Source: a virus
Taxonomy: Duplodnaviria; Heunggongvirae; Uroviricota; Caudoviricetes
Length of the DNA stretch: 4,387 nt
Virus record (IMG/VR): IMGVR_UViG_2648501396_000003
Reading direction: 5' to 3' (one strand)
Shown in pieces: positions 1 through 4,387 of this stretch (the first letter of the stretch is position 1; the number at the start of each line of letters is the position of its first letter). The notes under the pieces were generated by a model. It was given only the letters and a program-made list of their open reading frames with translations. It was not told the DNA's origin and made no database searches. A program made the position numbers and the translations under genes.

Positions 1-393
1 GCGCAGAGCACTGGCTGGCCTTCCGTCACGCATCCGGCACTGAACAATGCACCGGCGGTGAAAAACACGGTTGACCTGCCGACGTGGGAAGAACTGACTG
101 ACATTCGCGACACACTGAATACGGCAATTGATAAGGAGTTGTCCCGTACAACCAGTGATGCGCTGTTTCTGGCGCTGCGCCGGGTGAAAGCAGATCTGAA
201 TGCGGATATCAACACGCGCCTTGAACAGTCTGCACGGATCATTCAGCGCACACCGGATGAGGTTTTACCCGCGCTGGTGCTGGCGGCGACCTGGTTTGAT
301 AACGCGGCGCGTGACGCGGACATTATCCGGCGTAATGCCATTACGCATCCCGGCTTTGTGCCGGTGATCCCTCTGAAGGTGCCAGTGCAATGA
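1..393 (+). CDS. 3' end of a gene truncated by the window start; probably a DNA circularization protein (Mu N/gp43-like), C-terminal ~130 aa
   Basis: Frame 1 is open from nt 1 with no stop until TGA at 391-393, so the listed ORF 58..393 (GTG start) is the tail of a longer upstream gene. The assignment rests on synteny only: it sits immediately upstream of a Mu gp44-like hub gene and its stop overlaps that gene's start (ATGA at 390-393). Confidence 0.5.
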   Translation, partial: AQSTGWPSVTHPALNNAPAVKNTVDLPTWEELTDIRDTLNTAIDKELSRTTSDALFLALRRVKADLNADINTRLEQSARIIQRTPDEVLPALVLAATWFDNAARDADIIRRNAITHPGFVPVIPLKVPVQ

Positions 394-1469
394 ACGACAA
401 TGTCACGCTACGGGTAAATGGCCGGGAGTGGAATGGCTGGACATCGGTGCGCATCGGTGCCGGTATTGAACGGCTGGCGCGGGATTTCAGTGTGGAGATC
501 ACTCACCAGTGGCCGGGAGATGAGGGTATCACCACGCTTCAGCCGCGCATTAAAAACGGTTCAAAAGTGGAAGTGCTGATTGGTGATGAGCTGGTGATCA
601 CCGGCTGGGTGGAGGCGACTCCCGTTCGTTACGATGCCCGTTCGGTCAGCACCGGTATTGCCGGACGTAGTCTGACGGCTGACCTGATTGACTGTGCAGC
701 CGAACCGACACAGTTTAACGGACGCTCGCTGGTGCAGATTGCGCAGGCGCTTGCTGCGCCTTTCGGCATTGAGGTGGTGAACAGCGGTGCGCCATCGGGT
801 GTTATTCCTGATGTTCAGCCTGATCACGGTGAAACGGTGATTGAGGTAATCAACAAAATACTCGGTCAGCAGCAGGCACTGGCTTACGACGACCCGCACG
901 GCAGGCTGGTGATTGGCGGTATTGGCTCAACGCGGGCACATACCGCGCTGGTACTCGGGGAAAACATCCTTTCCTGCGATACGGAGAAGAGTATCCGGGA
1001 GCGATTTTCTGTTTACCAGGTGGCGGGGCAGCGTGCCGGAAACGACGATGATTTCGGTGAGGCCACCACCACCGCGCTGCGGGCCCGCACAGAGGACGCA
1101 TTTATTGCCCGTTACCGTCCGATGTATATCAGGCAGACAGGGCAGGCCACGGGGGCAGGCTGTATTGCCCGTGCGGACTTTGAAGCCCGACAACGGGCGG
1201 CGCGGACGGATGAAACCACCTATGTGGTGCAGGGCTGGCGACAGGGTAACGGTACGCTGTGGCAGCCCAACCAGCGGGTGATTGTCTTCGATCCGGTCTG
1301 TGGTTTCGACAATACCGAACTGCTTGTCTCGGAAGTCACGTTCACTCAGGACCAGAACGGCACCATGACGGAAATCCGTGTCGGCCCACCTGATGCTTAT
1401 CTGCCTGAACCCGAAGCCCCCGGCGCGCGGAAAAAGAAAAAAGCCAGAGTACAGGAGGACCCGTTCTGA
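390..1469 (+). CDS. Phage baseplate hub protein (Mu gp44/P-like), 359 aa
   Basis: Longest ORF in the region. Segments such as 'SLTADLIDCAAEP...GRSLVQIAQALAAPFGIEV' and 'LVLGENILSCD...RERFSVYQVAG' resemble what I recall of conserved blocks in Mu gp44. Weak RBS GAAGG at 375-379; start overlaps the upstream stop (ATGA). Confidence 0.85.
   Translation: MNDNVTLRVNGREWNGWTSVRIGAGIERLARDFSVEITHQWPGDEGITTLQPRIKNGSKVEVLIGDELVITGWVEATPVRYDARSVSTGIAGRSLTADLIDCAAEPTQFNGRSLVQIAQALAAPFGIEVVNSGAPSGVIPDVQPDHGETVIEVINKILGQQQALAYDDPHGRLVIGGIGSTRAHTALVLGENILSCDTEKSIRERFSVYQVAGQRAGNDDDFGEATTTALRARTEDAFIARYRPMYIRQTGQATGAGCIARADFEARQRAARTDETTYVVQGWRQGNGTLWQPNQRVIVFDPVCGFDNTELLVSEVTFTQDQNGTMTEIRVGPPDAYLPEPEAPGARKKKKARVQEDPF
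1453..1459 (+). promoter_or_regulatory. Ribosome-binding site for the spike gene
   Basis: AGGAGGA, 9 nt upstream of ATG 1469, lying inside the 3' end of the hub gene. Confidence 0.5.
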
Positions 1470-2017
1470 TGAGGACGATTGAAGCCATGCAGCGACAACT
1501 CCTCGGCCTGATTGGGCGGGCCGTGGTGAAAAGCATCAGTGCCGCCACGAAATGTCAGACCGTGGATGTGTCCCTGATTGCCGGTGAACCCAAAGCCGGG
1601 GTTGAACATCTTGAACCCTACGGTTTTACCGCAAGGGCAAACAGCGGTGCGGAAGCGGTGGTGTTGTTTCCGGATGGCGACCGTTCTCATGCGGTGGTTG
1701 TTACGGTGTCGGACCGTCGCTACCGCCTGAAAGGGCTGCAGACGGGTGAGGTGGCTGTCTATGACGATCAGGGGCAGTCCGTGACGCTGACCCGGGAGGG
1801 GATCGTGGTGGACGGTGCAGGTAAAACGATCACGTTTCGCAATGCACCTAAAGCACGTTTTGAAATGGACCTAGAAGTGACCGGACAGGTGAAAGACCTG
1901 TGCGACTCCACCGGCACCACCATGTCAGCGATGCGGCTTGCCTATAACGGGCATCGTCACAGAGAGAACGGTCAGGGCAGTAACACCGACAAACCTGATA
2001 AAGCGATGGAGGCATGA
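1469..2017 (+). CDS. Baseplate central spike / baseplate assembly protein V family (Mu gp45-like), 182 aa
   Basis: Strong RBS AGGAGGA at 1453-1459, 9 nt before ATG 1469, which overlaps the upstream stop (TGATG). Size and position after the hub gene fit Mu gp45 / P2 gpV. The C-terminus carries 'NGHRHRENG' (His codons at 1952-1954 and 1958-1960), consistent with the HxH metal-binding apex of spike proteins. Confidence 0.8.
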   Translation: MRTIEAMQRQLLGLIGRAVVKSISAATKCQTVDVSLIAGEPKAGVEHLEPYGFTARANSGAEAVVLFPDGDRSHAVVVTVSDRRYRLKGLQTGEVAVYDDQGQSVTLTREGIVVDGAGKTITFRNAPKARFEMDLEVTGQVKDLCDSTGTTMSAMRLAYNGHRHRENGQGSNTDKPDKAMEA

Positions 2018-2442
2018 TGGAACTGTGGCTGACGGTGAACGGTAAACGCACCTGCGCCAGCGCACAACTGGATCCGCTGACCCGCGCCGTGGTGATTTCC
2101 CTGTTTACCTGGCGGCGGGCGGAGCCTGATGACAACGCCGACGTCCCGATGGGATGGTGGGGGGATACCTGGCCTGCGGTACAGAATGACCGTTACGGCT
2201 CCCGACTGTGGCTGCTTCAGCGCAGCAAACTGACCAATCAGCTGGTGCAGACGGTAAGGGGGTATATCCGCGAATGCCTGCAATGGATGATTGATGATGG
2301 CGTGGTGTCCCGTATTGATCTGGATATCCGCCGCACCGGGATTAATGAACTGGGTAACAGTATCACTCTCTGGCGTCGTGACGGACCGGTAATGATTTCT
2401 TTTGATGATCTGTGGAGTGCGATAACGCATGGCGGACAGTGA
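2014..2442 (+). CDS. Phage GP46-family baseplate wedge protein (Mu gp46-like), 142 aa
   Basis: ORF of the expected size (~140 aa) in the expected position between the spike and baseplate-J genes. The start is an ATGATG doublet (2014/2017) overlapping the upstream TGA (2015-2017); GGAGG at 2008-2012 favours ATG 2017 as the real start. Confidence 0.7.
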   Translation: MMELWLTVNGKRTCASAQLDPLTRAVVISLFTWRRAEPDDNADVPMGWWGDTWPAVQNDRYGSRLWLLQRSKLTNQLVQTVRGYIRECLQWMIDDGVVSRIDLDIRRTGINELGNSITLWRRDGPVMISFDDLWSAITHGGQ

Positions 2443-3490
2443 ATTTCAGCGCCCGACGCTGGCAGAAAATATCAGTATGCTCCGTAACGATTTATTCGCC
2501 AGGCTGGACGTCAGCGACACGCTCCGGCGCATGGATGAAGACGTGCGGGCAAAGGTGTATGCGGCGGCGCTGCATACGGTTTACGGTTACATCGATTATC
2601 TGGCAATGAACATGCTGCCTGACCTGTGCGATGAGTCCTGGCTGGCGCGACATGCTGCGATGAAACGGTGTCCGCGCAAGGGGGCCACGGCTGCCAGCGG
2701 GTATATGCGCTGGGAAGGTGTCAGCGATGATGGCCTGAAGGTGACCGCCGGGAGTGTTATTCAGCGCGATGACCTGGTTCAGTACACGGCAACTGCCGAT
2801 GCAACCAGCTCCGGTGGTGTCCTGCGCGTGCCGATCGCCTGCTCAAGTGCAGGCGCGGTCGGTAACGCTGACGACGGTACGGCATTAATCCTGGTCACGC
2901 CGGTGAATGGTCTGCCGTCTTCCGGTGTGGCTGACACCCTGACAGGCGGATTTGATACTGAAGAGCTGGAAACGTGGCGCGCCCGCATCATTGAGCGGTA
3001 TTACTGGACGCCGCAGGGCGGGGCTGACGGGGACTATGTCGTCTGGGCTAAAGAAGTGCCCGGCATTACCCGCGCATGGACATACCGTCACTGGATGGGA
3101 ACGGGAACTGTCGGTGTGATGATTGCCAGCAGTGACCTGATTAATCCCATTCCGGAAGAATCAACGGAAACGGCAGCAAGACAACACATCGAGCCACTGG
3201 CCCCGGTGGCAGGCTCTGATTTGTATGTATTCAGGCCGGTGGCACATAAAGTGGATTTTCATATCCGCGTGACGCCGGACACACCAGAAATACGAGACGC
3301 CATCACCGCGGAGTTGCGTTCGTTCCTGCTGCGTGATGGTTATCCGCAGGGAGAACTGAAGGTATCGCGTATCAGTGAGGCGATTTCCGGTGCGAACGGG
3401 GAATACAGCCATCAGTTGCTTGCACCGGCAGACAATATCTCCATTGCAAAAAATGAACTGGCGGTACTGGGGACGATTTCATGGACGTGA
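2429..3490 (+). CDS. Baseplate J-like protein (Mu gp47 / P2 gpJ family), 353 aa
   Basis: 353-aa ORF whose start overlaps the upstream gene by 14 nt. Length, position and general sequence character fit the baseplate J family; this is recognition from memory, not a search. Confidence 0.85.
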   Translation: MADSEFQRPTLAENISMLRNDLFARLDVSDTLRRMDEDVRAKVYAAALHTVYGYIDYLAMNMLPDLCDESWLARHAAMKRCPRKGATAASGYMRWEGVSDDGLKVTAGSVIQRDDLVQYTATADATSSGGVLRVPIACSSAGAVGNADDGTALILVTPVNGLPSSGVADTLTGGFDTEELETWRARIIERYYWTPQGGADGDYVVWAKEVPGITRAWTYRHWMGTGTVGVMIASSDLINPIPEESTETAARQHIEPLAPVAGSDLYVFRPVAHKVDFHIRVTPDTPEIRDAITAELRSFLLRDGYPQGELKVSRISEAISGANGEYSHQLLAPADNISIAKNELAVLGTISWT

Positions 3491-4066
3491 CAAACGATGA
3501 TTACATCCGTCTGTTGTCAGCACTGTTACCACCCGGTCCGGCGTGGTCAGCCAGAGATCCGGCGATTGCCGGTGCGGCACCGTCATTAACCCGCGTTCAT
3601 CAGCGTGCGGATGCCCTGATGCGGGAGCTGGATCCGCGCACCACCACTGAACTGATAAACCGCTGGGAGCGTCTGTGCGGTCTGCCGGATGAATGTATTC
3701 CCGCAGGGAGCACAGACCCTTCGCCAGCGTCAGCAACGGCTGGATGCGAAGGTTAACCTGGCGGGCGGCATCAACGAGGATTTTTATCTTGCACAGCTTG
3801 CTGCCCTGGGCAGACCAGATGCCACCATCAAGCGATACGACAAAAGCACCTTCACCTGCTCATCGGCCTGTACTGACGAGGTGAACGCGCCGGAATGGCG
3901 GTATTACTGGCAGATCAACATGCCAGCCGCCACCAACACCACCTGGATGACATGTGGCGATCCCTGTGATTCCGCACTGCGTATATGGGGCGACACAGTT
4001 GTCGAATGTGTGCTTAACAAACTCTGCCCGTCGCATACCTACGTAATTTTTAAATATCCGGAGTAA
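3481..4066 (+). pseudogene. DUF2313 / YmfQ-like baseplate wedge protein (Mu gp48-like), interrupted by an apparent +1 frameshift
   Basis: Two overlapping ORFs in different frames: 3481..3756 (frame 1, 91 aa) and 3689..4066 (frame 2, 125 aa). The span is 586 nt, one more than a multiple of 3. Frame 1 reads protein-like up to '...[16 protein letters not shown]' and then ends in a short low-complexity tail; frame 2 has a stop at 3656-3658 and reads protein-like from about '[19 protein letters not shown]...' onward. Joining them near 3706-3712 gives a 194-aa product. The start overlaps the baseplate-J stop (ATGGACGTGA). Confidence 0.65.
4058..4062 (+). promoter_or_regulatory. Ribosome-binding site for the tail-fibre gene
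   Basis: CGGAG, 7 nt upstream of ATG 4070, just before the TAA stop (4064-4066) of the DUF2313 gene. Confidence 0.4.
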
Positions 4067-4069
4067 TCC

Positions 4070-4387
4070 ATGCATCGTATAGACACGAAAACCGCGCAGA
4101 AGGATAAGTTCGGCGCGGGTAAAAACGGTTTTACCCGTGGTAACCCCCAGACCGGCACACCTGCCACCGATCTGGATGATGACTACTTTGACATGTTGCA
4201 GGAAGAACTCTGCAGCGTGGTGGAGGCATCCGGTGCCAGCCTGGAGAAGGGGCGGCACGACCAGCTGCTTACCGCGCTTCGTGCGCTGCTGTTAAGCCGC
4301 AAGAATCCGTTTAGCGATATCAAATCGGATGGCACGGTGAAAACGGCTCTCGAAAACCTTGGTTTGGGAGAAGCGGCAAAACGGAAT
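4070..4387 (+). CDS. Tail fibre protein, N-terminal 106 aa (3' end beyond the window)
   Basis: RBS CCGGAG/GGAG at 4058-4062, 7 nt before ATG 4070. Frame 2 is open from 4070 to the window end with no stop; it is absent from the ORF track only because it has no stop in the window. The N-terminus '[25 protein letters not shown]...[14 protein letters not shown]' matches what I recall of the conserved baseplate-attachment domain of enterobacterial prophage side tail fibres (e14 StfP-like). Confidence 0.75.
   Translation, partial: MHRIDTKTAQKDKFGAGKNGFTRGNPQTGTPATDLDDDYFDMLQEELCSVVEASGASLEKGRHDQLLTALRALLLSRKNPFSDIKSDGTVKTALENLGLGEAAKRN

Noticed and set aside
58-60. GTG at 58 as the true start of the first ORF
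   Set aside because: The frame is open all the way to nt 1 with no upstream stop and no RBS before 58, so the ORF is more plausibly the 3' end of a gene that starts upstream of the window.
913-1281. Plus-strand alternate-frame ORF (122 aa) inside the hub gene
   Set aside because: Completely embedded out of frame within the hub CDS; Arg/Pro-rich translation typical of a shifted frame in GC-rich coding DNA.
561-1690. Minus-strand ORFs 561..899, 850..1101, 927..1193, 1342..1548 and 1397..1690 (68-112 aa)
   Set aside because: All lie entirely antisense to well-supported + strand baseplate genes in GC-rich DNA, where long spurious antisense ORFs are expected. Their translations are Arg/Pro/Cys/His-rich and low-complexity, and none has a convincing RBS.
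2412-2609. Plus-strand alternate-frame ORF (65 aa) across the gp46/J-like junction
   Set aside because: Out-of-frame overlap with two supported genes; short, Cys/Arg-rich, no RBS.
3700-3715. Programmed ribosomal frameshift in the DUF2313 gene
   Set aside because: There is no classical slippery heptamer (X XXY YYZ) or obvious downstream stimulatory structure at the shift site, and to my knowledge homologues are single-frame proteins. A mutational or sequencing indel is the simpler explanation, though I cannot fully exclude recoding without data.
1848-3736. Minus-strand ORFs 1848..2135, 1972..2430, 2779..2991, 2885..3091, 3161..3412 and 3479..3736
   Set aside because: Same reasoning: antisense to the spike, gp46-like, J-like and DUF2313 genes, with compositionally biased translations and no independent start signals.
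3693-3884. Plus-strand frame-3 ORF (63 aa) within the DUF2313 gene
   Set aside because: It is the third frame of a region already covered by frames 1 and 2 of the frameshifted DUF2313 gene and does not look protein-like.
3860-4258. Minus-strand ORF (132 aa) spanning the DUF2313 / tail-fibre junction
   Set aside because: It overlaps the 3' end of one + strand gene and the RBS-supported 5' end of the next. The + strand tail-fibre reading has a clear RBS and a recognisable N-terminal sequence, whereas the antisense product looks like an antisense artefact (Gly/Arg/His-rich).
1-4387. Hidden defence system, CRISPR array, tRNA or mobile element
   Set aside because: No direct-repeat/spacer periodicity, no tRNA-like cloverleaf candidates and no inverted-repeat-flanked insertion were seen by eye. 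Coding density on the + strand is about 100% with overlapping genes, leaving no space for an embedded system.

Overview
The window is one contiguous, same-strand (+) block of phage tail baseplate genes in the Mu-type order. It opens inside the 3' end of a DNA-circularization (Mu N/gp43-like) gene, then runs through a baseplate hub (Mu gp44/P-like), a central spike (Mu gp45-like, baseplate protein V family), a gp46-family wedge protein, a baseplate J-like protein (Mu gp47-like), a DUF2313/YmfQ-like wedge protein (Mu gp48-like) and the 5' end of a tail-fibre gene that runs off the window. All junctions are overlapping or near-overlapping stop/start codons, so there is essentially no intergenic space, and I see no RNA genes, CRISPR array, mobile element or defence-type cargo. 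The most notable item is that the DUF2313/YmfQ-like gene is split across two reading frames by an apparent single-base insertion near 3700-3715. I do not find evidence of a novel system in this window; it looks like an ordinary, largely intact Mu-like/e14-like prophage tail module from an enterobacterial genome. All homology statements are from reading the translations and from memory of these families, not from a database search.
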